Source: Octopus vulgaris
Lineage: Eukaryota
Assembly (NCBI GenBank): GCA_951406725.2
Contig: OX597817.1
Location: forward strand, 16,182,001-16,246,000
Direction of reading: 5' to 3'
DNA length: 64,000 nt
Below, piece by piece: positions 38,640 through 52,240 of this stretch. Every line of letters begins with the position of its first letter. Position 1 is the stretch's first letter. A program made the position numbers and the translations under genes. A model generated the notes under the pieces. It saw only the letters and a list, made by a program, of their open reading frames with translations, was not told the DNA's origin and searched no databases.

Positions 38640-40430
38640 CTGGATAGCATACCAATCTATTTCAGATAACATACTTACTTCTAAGAGTTTCAGCTTCAAG
38701 GAACTCAGGCAAAGCATGCAAGCAACACTCAAAATTTTTGCGACCCTCCTAGACTGATTAGGTCAATGTTAAGTTTGAGCTGTGCTTGAGGAGACCTATT
38801 GAGTCAAGTACATCAACATCAAAATAAATATCAAATGGAAATTGTAGTTGTGATACCGGTGTCGGTGGCACGTAAAAGGCACCATCCAAACGCGGCCAAT
38901 GCCAGCGCCACCTTGACTGGCTTCAGTGCTGGTGGCACGTAAAAAGCACCCACTACACTCACGGAGTGGTTGGCGTTAGGAAGGGCATCCAGCTGTAGAA
39001 ACACTGCAAGATCAGACAGGAGCCTGGTACAGCCTCCTGGCTTCCCAGACCCCGGTCGAACTGTCCAACCCATGCTAACACGGAAAATGGACGTTAAATG
39101 ATGATGATGATGATGTGTCTCAAGAGAAGTCATCAGAGATTGTAATGTCTAACATTTGAGCAACTGTGAGGGGTTTCAGTTGCACGTTGTTCATCAGCAA
39201 AGAATGTTTTGTGCAAGATGGTTTTCTTGAGATATGTAGCGACTGTGTCTTAATGTTGCTGGAAGATACTAGACCCCCATGTGCTTTTTTGGAGAATGCT
39301 ATCAGACTGAAAGGAATTATCAGCTGCAGATAAGTGCATAGTAATGTTATTAATACATAGAAAAGGGAGTGAGTTTGACAAAACATTTTATTTGCCTGAG
39401 GCAAACCAGAGCTGATAGAATATGGGTTGGAAAGGTCCTAACCAATTAATCCTCCAATTAAAAAGATAGAATCCATAGGTAGACAGCTTAGCTAGACCCA
39501 ATCAAATGCTCAAAAGTGAGGGACTATTGATGAATGACATATGAAGGTAAGTCTTCAGAACATCTGGCAATACCAAAAAATATGCTCACTGAGAAGACTC
39601 AACAGTGTAAGCAGTCATTGTCATAATTTTGAAACTCAATCAGATGAAAGTGATCATGTACATAGCTTCTGTTACCATTGTGAAGTTGGAAATGAGAGTA
39701 AAAGAGCAGCAGTTAGGCGCAGGAGTGGCTGCGTGGTAAGTAGCTTGCTTACCAACCACATGGTTCCGGGTTCAGTCCCACTGCGTGGCATCTTGGGCAA
39801 GTGTCTTCTGCTATAGCCCCGGGCCGACCAATGCCTTGTGAGTGGATTTGGTAGACGGAAACTGAAAGAAGCCTGTCGTATATATGCATATATATATATG
39901 TATGTGTGTGTATGTTTGTGTGTGTGAGTTTGTCCCCCTAGCATTGCTTGACAACCGATGCTGGTGTGTTTACGTCCCCGTCACTTAGCAGTTCGGCAAA
40001 AGAGACCTATAGAATAAGTACTGGGCTTACAAAGAATAAGTCCCGGGGTCGAGTTGCTCGATTAAAGGCGGTGCTCCAGCATGGCCGCAGTCAAACGACT
40101 GAAACAAGTAAAAGAGTAAAAGAGTTAGTAAGCGGGGAAAGGGTACTCTTTTGGAAACTGAGTACAGTACTGTTAATGCAGTAGATTTGCATAGACTGGA
40201 AAATTTGACAAGGTCAGACTCTAGCTTTGGACTTCATTGCTTGAAGGAAAAGCCAGAACCAATTGGCTTCCTTGGTTAGAAGATTCTAGAGAACCTTTTG
40301 CATTTGGTAACAGTGAGGAGATAATTGGAGAGAAGGAATTTAATTTTTGCTTGTATAATTTAGAGAGTGTGGAAAGAACAGTGCTCGTGACCTATCTCAG
40401 GGCCTCCAAGATTGGTGTTACGAAGGAAGA
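38640..40430 (-). pseudogene. Ancient LINE reverse-transcriptase relic (CR1/Jockey group) interrupted by family 4 (38780-39114) and family 1 (39715-40124)
   Basis: Minus remnants SISSGLPQ, NIKTQSLHISRK and MLDITISDDFS resemble RT motifs GVPQG and LGV.I...LSW. Confidence 0.5.
39715..40124 (+). mobile_element. SINE family 1, full length
   Basis: Complete consensus-like copy. Confidence 0.92.
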
Positions 40431-41197
40431 TAATCTGAGATCAGATGGCCTATCAAATCACATCTACCACCAAACATCAGGAATAGTCCTTCATTAAGCT
40501 TCTTCAGTTATCATCTACCAAATTTCATTCCTAAGAATTTGGTGAACCTCAAGCCATAGTAGAAGAGACTTGCTCAAGGTGTAGTGTATATGCAGTGTTG
40601 AAAAGGCAGATTACAACAAATATAAAGGCTTTATCAGAATTTACAAGACTATCTTGGTTGAGAAGTAGTGGATAGGAAAGCTCTTCATTTCAAGGAACCA
40701 AGATATGTAGTTGCAGTAAAAGAGTCAAGAGAGCTTATGGGCCACATAATTACCATCATTTTAACAACCACTTTCTGTATTCTATCACAGGTCAGATGAA
40801 TCTTATAGAAACAGTTTTTTCTATGGCCAAATACTGTTCCTGTTGCCAGCTCTTATTTCCAAGTCAGGTATTTATTTATACCTCTTGGTCTTTCAAACGC
40901 CAATCCACACAACAGCCAGGTATTTTTTTGCAGATGTAAACCATGTCAAGGCACAAATGGGAAGATACAAACACATGCACACACACACACATAACTCCAA
41001 AGACTGTACTCAATGTAAGCACAAATACATATAACTCTATACAATGTACTCAATGATAGACCAACAGAGAAAGTCAACTTCAAACGTGAGGCGGTGCTCC
41101 AGCATGGCCACAGTCAAATGACTGAAACAAGTAGAAGAATAAAAGAAAAGAAAAAAGCAATACATAATACAAGCAGACCAGAAATAAATTCTCTTAA

Positions 41198-41418
41198 CCC
41201 TTTCATTACCAACCCGGCTGAAACCGGCTCTGGCTCTGAGTACAAATGTCTTGTTTTCATAAGTTTTGAATTAAAATCTTTCCACCAAACCTTAGTCACA
41301 ATTTATGTTCCTAACACTAGCTTAATGATAACTAAGTTATTTTACTAAATTCTGTGTTATATTTAAAGTAATTGAAAGAAACACAGAGCATCTCAGCAGA
41401 AATATGGTAACAAAAGGG
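41198..41418 (+). mobile_element. piggyBac-type MITE of a different family
   Basis: TTAA|CCCTTTCATTACCA ... TGGTAACAAAAGGG|TTAA. Confidence 0.88.
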
Positions 41419-41459
41419 TTAAATGCCCAGATAGCTCACTAGAAGTTGTCAATAGCTTC

Positions 41460-41910
41460 TGTAACCTAGGATACATAATTAGCAGGGAATGCTGTTGAAG
41501 TATAGCAGCGTAAGAATGGGTTGGAAAAAGTTCAGGGAGATACAGCTGTTGTTGGCAACAAAAGTATTTTCCCTCAGAATAAAGAGCAAATTGAATGACG
41601 TTTGTGTTAGACCTTTGATGCTGCATGGTAGCAAAGACGTGTGCAGCACAAATGTCAGAGTACACAAGTTATGAGAAGAACTTGGTATAAGCAGAAACAT
41701 GTAATGTACAAGAGAGGAGACTGCAGTGGCACAGACATGTAACGCACTTGGGAGATGACTGCTGCTACAAAAGTGCCAAGCATTCCAAGCTTGTGGAACT
41801 GGTAGAAGAGGGAAACAAAGGAAATTTCAAGACTAACCTGAAGATGCTACATCTCAATCTCATTGAGGAAATGACAAAGAATTGTACAAACTGGCAATAT
41901 GCAGTGCTAT
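41460..41910 (+). mobile_element. Decayed RTE-X LINE fragment
   Basis: VRMGWKKFREIQLLLATKVFSLRIKSKL...MLHGS is homologous to 33800-33930. Confidence 0.75.
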
Positions 41911-41947
41911 AGCAAAGGGTATTGATGAAGAAAATACAATATATATA

Positions 41948-42219
41948 TAAGGCGATCTGGCAGAAATGTTAGCGTGCCGGGCATAATGCTTAGCGGTATT
42001 TCGTCTGCCGTTACGTTCCGAGTTCAAATTCCGCTGAGGTCGACTTTAGGCGCAGGAGTGGCTGTGTGGTAAGTAGCTTGCTAACCAACCACATGGTTCC
42101 GGGTTCAGTCCCACTGCGTGGCATCTTGGGCAGGTGTCTTCTGCTATAGCCTCGGGCCAACCAAAGCCTTGTGAGTGGATTCGGTAGACGGAAACTGAAA
42201 GAAGCCCGTCGTATATATG

Positions 42220-42262
<43 letters not shown>

Positions 42263-42480
42263 TTGTGTGTCTGTGTTTGTCCCTCTAGCATTGCTTGACA
42301 ACCGATGCTGATGTGTTTACGTCCCCGTCATTTAGCGGTTCGGCAAAAGAGACAGATAGAATAAGTACTGGGCTTACAAAGAATAAGTCCCGGGGGTCGA
42401 TTTGCTCGACTAAAAGGCGGTGCTCCAGCATGGCCGCAGTCAAATGACTGAAACAAGTAAAAGAGTAAAAGAGTAAAGAG
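41948..42480 (+). mobile_element. Family 2 SINE head (41948-42047) fused to a full family 1 SINE (42048-42480)
   Basis: ...GAGTTCAAATTCCGCTGAGGTCGACTTT|AGGCGCAGGAGTGG... Confidence 0.88.
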
Positions 42481-42995
42481 TATATACAGACACAAGAACA
42501 ATATCAAAAGTAAGGGTCAAGAGCAGCAGCAGCAGCAGCGGCAAAGGAGAAAATATAGGTGAGGGGAGGGTCAAAGTACCACTAAGAACAACAATATAAA
42601 GGGCATGGATATAAACAATGTAGTGGGCAAGCCCATATACACGCACATAAGCACACATGCAAAACACATAGACATGTGTATGCATGCATATGCACACACA
42701 TACATAGTTACATACATGCACACACACACACACACACACACAGTTACAGACACAGCTGCATGCGCAGATAAGGAAATACATTATAGAATCACAAAATGGG
42801 ATTAGGTGGAGCTGGAGGACACACACGGACAGAAAGGGTCACTGAAGAGGTCACAGATGTGTGTGACGAAAGATTTCCAGACAATGGACATTAAAATAAG
42901 AACAGTAATAAGTGAAGAACAAATATATAGTGTGTGTGTGTTTATTTGGCCCAAAAAAAACGATCATCCCAAAATATTATATATATATATAATAT

Positions 42996-43395
42996 AGGCG
43001 CAGGAGTGGCTGTGTGGTAAGTAGCTTGTCTACCAACCACATGGTTCCGGGTTCAGTCCCACTGCGTGGCACCTTGGGCAAGTGTCTTCTACTATAGCCT
43101 CGGGCCGACCAAAGCCTTGTGAGTGGATTTGGTAGACGGAAACTGAAAGAAGCCCGTCATATATATGTATATATATGTATATGCGGGTGTGTGTTTGTGT
43201 GTCTGTGTTTGTCCCCTAGCATTGCTTGACAACCGATGCTGGTGTGTTTATGTCCCCGTTACTTAGCGGTTCAGCAAAAGAGACCGATATAATAAGTACT
43301 GGGCTTACAAAAGAATAAGTCCCGGGATCGAGTTGCTCGATTAAAGGCGGTGCTCCAGCATGGCCGCAGTCAAATGACTGAAACGAGTAAAGAGT
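42996..43395 (+). mobile_element. SINE family 1, full length
   Basis: Complete consensus-like copy. Confidence 0.92.
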
Positions 43396-44519
43396 ATATA
43401 CACATACACACACACACTCCACTTGACCAATCCATCACCTCTGTGATGCCCTCTAGCCTTTTTTCCCCCTCACTGAACCCACTGTTTTCTCCTTACCCCT
43501 CTCCATCTTTTCCACTGCCTTCCTATTTGGGATGCTTTTGCAGCATTCACTCTCCTCTTCTATCTATTACCTCTATAATACCGGCCAGAGTGTTTCTTTC
43601 CCCTCGCCCTCTCCTTCTCTCATTGTCCTCCACCCCACAGCTTTTCTGCCTCATTAACATCTCTCCCCTTTTTTCCACCTTCAAACTGCCTCCCACAAAC
43701 TCCCATACCTCACTTTCCTTCAATAATTCTCTCGGGATCACACTCCACCCTAGTCTATTACATTCTTTTTATCCTGTTTGCCCTCACTCCTTCTGTCCAC
43801 ACTTGCCTCTTATAATGTTGGATAGCCCTTGATCCCCTCCCTTATACAAACCACCTTTTCACCTTTCAACTCTATCCCACCTTCTTTTTTCCCCAATAAC
43901 TTCTGTCACCTTTATCCCCTACCATACTCTTCAATCTTCCCTAATTTACCATCCCCCATTCTTCACAAGTATGGCAAGGAACACTCCAACTCTTTCTTCT
44001 ATTTTCCTTTAGTTATAAGAGCCACCTTAGACCCTTAACCTTGTAAGTTATGAAGACAATCATCACTAGTGCTGGCACCAAGTCTCTGTAACATGGTTGG
44101 AATTAGAGAAGGCATCTAGGAACAGAAACCACACCAAAGTCGACACAGGAGCATGACACTGTTCTTTAACTTATCAAGATCTATCAAATCATCCAACCCA
44201 TGGTAGCAAAGAAGCCACACCTTAAATGATTGATGATGATGATGCATTAGTCAACTCCAGGCTACTGTAGAAGACATTTGCCTATGGTACCAACGCAGCT
44301 GGGAGAAACTTGAAACGACACGGTTTCAAACTAAACTTTTTAATCACAAAGCTAGAAAATTATTAAATGTTCTGTCATATAAATTGTGGATCCACACTCC
44401 AGATCTATGATCTGATTGTCCAATATCGTAACAATTTGGTTAGTTCACTTCTAAGCCCACCACCTTCATCGTATGGTGCCTATTTATAGTTAAGCAGTTT
44501 AGACCAGCAATGTTTATAC

Positions 44520-45072
44520 AGTTCTATATTCGAGAGATGAGGAATTATGTACATTATTTACGTTTGACAGATATTTGTCCTCATCTTGTTTGTTGCTAAC
44601 ACAACGTTTTGGCTAATGTACTCTCCAGCCTTCATCAGGTGTCCAGGAGGATTTTCAAACCTGGGTTCTCATTCCTAAAGTATTTTTCCAATGTTGTTGC
44701 TGCTGTTGCTATTATTATTATTATTATTATTAATATTTTTATTATCATCATTATTATTATTATTAATATTTTTATTATCATCATTATTATTATTATTATT
44801 ATTATTACTATTATTCAGGTCACTGCGTGGAATCGCACTCGGAATCTTGGGGTTAGTAGCCTGCGCTCTTAACCCCAAGATTCTGAGTTTGATTCCAGGC
44901 AGTGACCTGAATAATGATAATAATAACAATATCAGAAAAATACCTTAGAAATGAGAACCCAGGTTCGAAATTCCCCCAGGACACCTGATGAAAGATGGAG
45001 ACTACATCAGCCAAAACGTGTAAACAACAAACAAGATGAAGACGAATATCCGTCAAATGTAAATAATGTACA
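44520..45072. mobile_element. Fold-back element: tRNA-like head + (AAT)n + hammerhead-like tail, head-to-head inverted
   Basis: Arms 44548-44855 and 44870-45072 with a 14-nt loop. Hammerhead-like ACAC CTGATGA...AGCC AAAA CGT in both arms (A in place of G12). GATTCC B-box remnants near the centre. Confidence 0.75.
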
Positions 45073-48000
45073 GCAATGCTTATATTTCTCAGCCAAGTTA
45101 ATCAACAGCTTACTGATTGCAGACGAACTGCACTCTCACAAACAACTGATTTTTTTAAAATCAGGAACTCTTTCATAAAGACAGGAAGATCTAAATTCCT
45201 TATACAAACACGTAACTTGCAGCAGAGAATAAATTTTATGATTTCAGCAAGGAATCTAGTAATCCTTCACATATTTCTGGCTCAATAATTGGACACAAGT
45301 TGTACATCATCACCATTCTCATCACTTTTTACATACTTTCCATGATGACATGGGTAAGATGAATCATCACAGATTCACAGAGTCAGTTCTTATAGGGAGC
45401 CAATCCTCGTGAACTACCGCACCTTTGTGTTCTTTGGTTAGGTTTCTACAATTGGATACCCACCCTACAGTCAACTACATTACAGAGTGTGCTGGGTACG
45501 TTTTTTTGTATCTAAAATTTGTAAAGTTGATTTGTCATTATCTGGGTTCAAACCTTTTTACCATTGGGTCATAGCGGTTATGCTTTCAAATGACCCCTAA
45601 CTATGGTGCAACACGATAATCAATCAGTACGGAGGGAGTAGCCAATTACACCAACTCAGTACTTGACTTTATTCATCGACCTAGGAAGGATGAAAGGAAA
45701 TGCTGACCTCGATGAGATTTCAACCCCTAATAATATTTATTAAGGAGTACAATAACTGAGATTTGAAATCTAACAGATTTCATTCAGCCACAATTCATGG
45801 AAACATACCACGTATTTCCTTATGTAGAAAGTCTGAAGACATTTGAAGATAACTTCAAATCCTCGACTTTGTTTCCTCGTCATTTTATGAAAAATGCATG
45901 TTTTAATGAAATTTTGCAGATGTATATTTTCAAGGATGTAGATTCTAAATATGTTGATAAAATTAAAAAGAAAAAAATTGAGAAATTCTTCATCATTATT
46001 TCGTCCTTCCATCGACTGTTGCTACCAATTTCCTAAACTTTAGCATTATCACTTTTTCACATTAGTAATGTTTGAAACGTCAACATTACGCAATCTACAC
46101 ACTTAAAAAAAAAAGAATCTCTGTAAAATGTCATCAACAATATGCCTTTTAAAAAAAGTTATGAGGAAACAAAGAAATAGAGAGGATGATCCGAAACTCC
46201 TCCAAAAAAAAATTAGTTTTCAACATTATCAGGATAATCGTAATCTCCACCCTCGAAAACATACCTCAGCAAAATTTCATTTAAAAGTATGTATTTTTCA
46301 AAAAGTTATGAGGAAACAAATGTAGCGGTTATAGTAATAAATTGTAGTTATGTCGTATTTTGAAAGGCTACGAGATCTAGGTAGGTCCTCTTGTCAAGAA
46401 TACTGTTATGTTTATGATTCCTCAGAGTTATGAAAAGTAGAAAATAAGCGATTGATGCCTTCATCGAATGTCTTTAATGTAAGTCAATATTTTTTCGCTG
46501 AATGGATCTTTTAACGAAACTACAAGTGGACCCGACCCATTCACAATACCACCACATTTACACATCCAGTAACATTGACTATCTTTACAAAACACAAGGC
46601 CTCGCTTCACTCTACGGAAAGAAAAACCAAAAACGAAATTGTAGAGATTTAAGAAACGATAGATTATTCCAATCAAGACGCGAAACCAGGTCGCGAACTT
46701 GTACACTTCGGTGCCTGCTTATTAATAACTGTCTAATTTTATGCATGAACCCGATCTTAAAATAAGAAGTGGGGAAATGTGAAGTTGTGGTTTTCATGAT
46801 TTTTTTTTTCTTTTCATGCATGAAAAGCTATGCACAATGATCAAAATGAATATCAAACATTTGTCACTTTACTGAGGTCACAAAGATTATTTTACTACTT
46901 TTTAAAGAAATCGTTCATCTGTAAAAAAAAAAAAAAACGGATTTTTTTTTCACTCGCGTTGTTTTGTTTCAACTATGATTGTTTCCAATCATAACTAATT
47001 CTTAGCTATGTGGAATCTTAAATTACAATGTCCAAAAAAAGTCATTTAAAAAATAAAAAACAAAAAAAATGTATTCAATGAAGTCAAAATCAATTAAGAT
47101 CCATTAAAGGGTGTCAGATAACGATGAGATGTTGCTACTTGAAAATAAAGTTGATTCAATGAATATACATAATCAATGAATCGTTTCGATGAATAGAAAA
47201 AGCAAAAAGAGGATGAGAACTTCAAAGATGTCCTGTTATAGTTTAATAGTTAATGAATTTAGAACAACTAGTGACCTATCAGACAGGCCACCCATGTTTA
47301 GCATATAAAGAGAAGGGAGGAGAATAACCACGACAATAGTGAGAACTAGGCGATTAGCTATTATTATTGTTGCTATTTCTAATACTCAACGATATAATAC
47401 TGAAATTGCATATTGTTTTGTTAAATCGCATCTAATATGAAATAAAAATCAAAATGAGTTCTTATAAATTCTATTTTAAAAGATGATCATAAGAAACCTA
47501 GCAACTTTTCGGTAGTCAAATTTCGTGAAAAAACAATCGCAGAAGGATTTTTTTTTTAAATATGGGCGAGTTTTTTGAAAGAAGAAGAAGTTCTATATAA
47601 ACCTAGAAAATAAAAATTAAAAATATTAGTCATCCACTATCATGTATAAAATAAAAACAGAAATAGTAGCAAATTGGAGAAAGACGAAATGACAAGAGTC
47701 TATTTATTTTACAATGCCCTCCCTTCCTTCAATGTAATTGAGTTCACGGTTTTCTACCACATGCTACAAAATAAAAGTACTTTCAAAGTAACGATTTCAC
47801 AATAAGTTTCACATAATTATATATTTTTATTTTAAGAAATAACAGAATTTCTCACTTGAAAAAAAAATTGAAGACCATTAGAAATCTAACCAGAAAAATA
47901 TACACACATATATTAAAAGTTTAAAAAGTTTGCTTTGTCCTGGCTATCTTGAGTGAAAAACTGCACGCTTGTCACATGTATTAGATAACAAATTCAACGC

Positions 48001-48234
48001 GAACGCAATAGCTATTTATTGACAACAATAACCTATGTTTCACCGGAGTGACCTGTGGTCATCGTAAATTGACACTTACTAAAAGTTTTCGGACGAGAAG
48101 AGAATAATAAAAAAAAAAAAACCACTGACTCAACAGAGGTATCTCTGGAGATGAATGGGAACTTCAAAATGCAAAAATGTGGTCGAAAGAAATGAAATAT
48201 ATGAATAAAGCATGCAAATGTCGCTACCCCTTAC

Positions 48235-48380
48235 CTGTTAACAGCTTTTTAGACAACATTAGCTGTATCCATGCAATTTTTTTATGATGATCATTTTCGA
48301 GAAAATAGTTTTTGTGAATTTTTTTCCTCAACTTTTCGAAACGATTATTGAATAAGACAGGAAACGAGAGCAGCGACTTG
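48235..48380 (-). other. Putative non-coding exon 1 of the CDK4/6 gene (5' boundary approximate)
   Basis: Strong donor CAG|GTAAG at 48230-48237 on the minus strand, about 155 nt downstream of a CCAAT box, within a TE-free, CpG-retaining interval. Confidence 0.5.
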
Positions 48381-48387
48381 CCTTATT

Positions 48388-48665
48388 GTGATTGGCTGAA
48401 TTAGCGAAATGTATCTACACATTAGTTATCAGCTGGCCCTCAGATTCCATGAGGGTGGGATATAAAGAAACATGCCTAAAAGTTTTCACTTATTTATTGA
48501 TCAAGATATGTAAAAAGAAAACAACAAACAAAAAACAACCCAATGCCTAACTTATTGATTAATCAGAACCTCACTAATATTAATAAGCTGGATAAAAATC
48601 ATATTTCTTAAAGGACACAGAAAGGGGTTAATCTTTAATAGCACAGGAAGTGATGACTTAGTCAC
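48388..48665 (-). promoter_or_regulatory. Putative CDK4/6 promoter: NF-Y CCAAT box, Ets site, bZIP-like palindrome
   Basis: GATTGGCTG at 48390-48398 (CAGCCAATC on minus), ACAGGAAGTG at 48643-48652 and TGACTTAGTCA at 48654-48664. Confidence 0.45.
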
Positions 48666-48993
48666 ATACACTTATCTTTAATCTTTCATATCTATCAGAG
48701 CCGTTTCATTCATTTCAGGGCTGCATTTTATACATAAGGTCACACACTGGAAAAAGATGTTCTTTTAAAGCTTAAAAATCTAAAGCGAAGAAATTTCAAA
48801 ACTTCTCTCGAGAAACTAATTCAGTGTTACGGTTTTTTTTTAATAAAATAGACTTTGAAAAAAAAAGGAGCATTGTATTAAGTTTGTGTATAAAGACAGA
48901 GTACAAATATCTAGTCCCCCCTCGTTCGACAAGTTAACATTTAGAACAAGATTTACTAGAAGTCACGTGTCTATTTCACAAAGTTATTCAGCA

Positions 48994-49038
<45 letters not shown>

Positions 49039-49329
49039 CATATATATACATATAATGTATACATACATACAAACATACATAATTGAAATGACATATAAAC
49101 AATGTGTCTGTGAGTGCGTGTCTGTATGTGTGTGTGCGCGCGTGCGTGCTTGTGACATACAACCATTTGAGGTGCACTTAAATGTTCCTACTCCCCCTTC
49201 CTTTCTATTTTTCTCCTCTGATTTTTCTTTCACAGTTCCACACGCGGTCTTACAGCACACCCACATCACACTCGAATCATAGATGTTTTCTATAAGAGAT
49301 ACAAATGTGTACAATACACACACACGCGT

Positions 49330-49730
49330 ATCTATGTATGTGTGTATGTATGTATGTATGTATGTATGTATGTATGTATGTATGTATGTATGTATGTGTG
49401 TGTGTATGTATGTATATATATGTGTGTGTGTATATATATGTGAGTGTATATATATGTGTGTGTGTATATATGTGTGTGTGTATGTATGTATATATATATG
49501 TGTATGTATGTATGTATATGTGTGCGTATATATATATGTGTGTGTGTGTATGTATGTATATATATATGTGTGTATATTTATATATATGTGTGTGTGTATG
49601 TATGTATATATATATGTATGTATATATGTGTGTGTGTGTGTATGATGTATATATATATATATATGTGTGTGTGTGTATGTATGTATATATATATATATGT
49701 GTGTGCGTGTATGTATGTATATATGTATGT
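49330..49730. repeat. Compound (TATG)n/(TG)n/(TA)n microsatellite
   Basis: Direct reading. Confidence 0.95.
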
Positions 49731-50429
49731 GTGGTCCGTTAAAATATGTATATAATAATTGTGTATGATATGCGTGTTCGCGTGTGTTTGTGAGTGTGCA
49801 GAGCCAGTGACGACGTAGCGTGCGTTTTGGCTACCTTTCACGGTCCGCACATTCCACATACTTATCTATGCCACTGTGTATGGCTGAATGCTTAAGAAGT
49901 TCGGTGCGCAACCATGAGGTACTAGGCTCGATCCCATTGTGTGACATCCTTGACAAGTGTTTTTTTTTTTTTGTTTTTTGTCTTTTTACCATAGTCTCGG
50001 GTTGACCCAAAACATGTGAGGCAGCTTGTGAAAACGGAAGCTGTAAAAGCTTGTGTATGAATTGCACACGGTAATTCAAGGGTCCGGCTTTCTCATATTG
50101 CGTCACGTTGGTTCTACGTGAGACGTCCATGCGTCTATGGAATACTCGGCCACTTTGCACTTCTGTTTAGTATGCTTGTTACTTGTTTTGTTCTTCCACC
50201 ACCAAAAAAGAGACTCCTTTCCGTATCGATTTTGTTAATTTTATCGACCTCCATATAAATTGATGTTTTCTTAGTATATTCTCCCAGACTTCGCATCGTC
50301 TTGTCCCATGATCAGTACCTTCTTAAATCATGGACACACAGGGCAGTTGCCCAGAGGCCCAACAGTTCTTGGGGAATGATTCCGAGCTGTGTATGTTGTA
50401 CCTTACCATCAATAAATAAAGGCTACAAG

Positions 50430-50576
50430 CACTAGCGTAGCTGGGGGGAGGGTAGGAGCGGTCCGCCCTAGGCGGCACTTTTGGGTCTGCTGCAGGGAAT
50501 ATGTGTTTTTGTGGGGTCTGGGGGTCAACAAACGGAAGGGCTGCCCCGGGCGGCACACACTCTAGCTACGCTAGTG
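50430..50576. mobile_element. hAT-type MITE
   Basis: TIRs CACTAGCGTAGCT / AGCTACGCTAGTG; degenerate 8-bp TSD GCTACAAG / ACTACAGG. Confidence 0.75.
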
Positions 50577-50652
50577 ACTACAGGGCCCACTACATTGATT
50601 TGCCCAAGGACCTATAATGTTGATGCCATAAACTATTCTACATCTCGTTGAC

Positions 50653-50654
<2 letters not shown>

Positions 50655-50732
<78 letters not shown>
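50655..50732. repeat. (CT)n microsatellite
   Basis: Direct reading. Confidence 0.97.
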
Positions 50733-50735
<3 letters not shown>

Positions 50736-50932
50736 ATTGACTTGTCATCATTGACCCTTCGCCGAATAAATTTTTCTTTAAATATACTAGCACGCTGAAT
50801 CGAGCAATTTCGTAGTTAATTTATTGACAATTTACAAAAACTGCGGAAATTTACTCTGTAAACATATATCATGAGCATATGTATGTGTGTGTGTTTGTAA
50901 TATGTATCTGTAAGTATTATTGCATTTATGTT

Positions 50933-50970
<38 letters not shown>

Positions 50971-51339
50971 AATAAGCAGAAAATGGAGAAAATTTTTGAT
51001 CAACAAACAAAGAAATTGACCAACATCGGTTGATTATTTTTTAATACAAAACATGACATAACATTTCTTACAGCCGTTTCTGCTGCCAATGTTAGTCAGT
51101 GATTATGAAAAAGAAATAATATTCTTAAGATTATAAACCTGGAAAATTATAAGACAAGTTATTACACTTGAAAAAGGCCAGGATAACTTATTACATCTGG
51201 TAAAGTACAAAACAAGAAAATTTTTACTTAAAATATTGCAGCTAAAGGATAAAATTTCCCAAAAAATATTTACAAATACAAAATACTAGCTTTTATTAAA
51301 ACTAAAATTTTTATTACAAGTTATTACTTCTATTTGTTA

Positions 51340-51715
51340 CTAGCAGTATCGCCCGGCGTTGCTCGGGTTTGTAAGGGAAATAACTATAAAGCATTTTTAG
51401 AGAGTTATAGCCAAAAAAATGGAAAAAAAATTATGGTAAATTTTTTTTTTAGTTAAAAAGGTCGAGTTGCGTCCCCTAGACAGTCTGTGGTTTGTGTTTC
51501 TGATTCTCGACCCCATGTCGAATTTATCGATTTTTTTTCAGAACTGGGGAACTTTTCAAAACTTTCGCTGCGTTAGTTTTGAATTATGACATTGGGCTAT
51601 GTGTGTGTTAAGTTTCATCAGAATCGGTTGAAAGCCATGGTCAGGGTGAGGGTACAACCTAACAGACACACAGAAACACACACAGACAAACTGCCGTTTA
51701 TATAGAGAGAGAAGA
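51340..51715 (-). mobile_element. Helitron-like element with the common 3' end but a different 5' module
   Basis: CTAGCAGTATCGCCCGGCGTTGCTCGGG end shared with the 4075 family; 5' end TCTTCTCTCTCTATATAAACGGCAG shared with 52241. Confidence 0.82.
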
Positions 51716-52240
51716 TTACTTGTTACTTCTATTAAAAATTAAAAATAACTCAATTAAAATATTTTCGGCATTTGAAAAAATTTCATATTTTTAATTATCA
51801 ATTAATAATTAGAAATTTGAAAATAGGTTTAAAAAATAATAATAGGACATAATTAGGACAATAAATAGAATAATACAAAAATTAGTTATATGTAGCAGTA
51901 AATCTACCTATAACAATAAATTCACGGTAAAATTTGCTTGAGTTATTGCCAAATCTTCACATTTTTAGTCTTGAGCCAATGACTATTTTTCACATAAATA
52001 AATTTGCCTACCATATATACTATTCTACTTTGCATAAAACATTAGCTATATTGCTACTTCTGGCTCTCGTTTTTTAAAGTATTCTATTCTGTCAATATTT
52101 TAACAATTTGATAGTACCTTTTTTTTAATTACAATGTTACTTTGTAAATTAAAATCAAATAAATTTTAATATTCAAATTTTATCTTTAGCTGCAATATTT
52201 TAAGTAAAAAATTTCTTAAGAATATTATTTCTCTTGCTCA

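Noticed and set aside
43400-44040. 160-aa Pro/Ser/Leu ORF and the complementary purine-rich tract at 19100-19560
   Set aside because: Low-complexity pyrimidine/purine-biased DNA attached to old retroelement UTRs; no coding signature.
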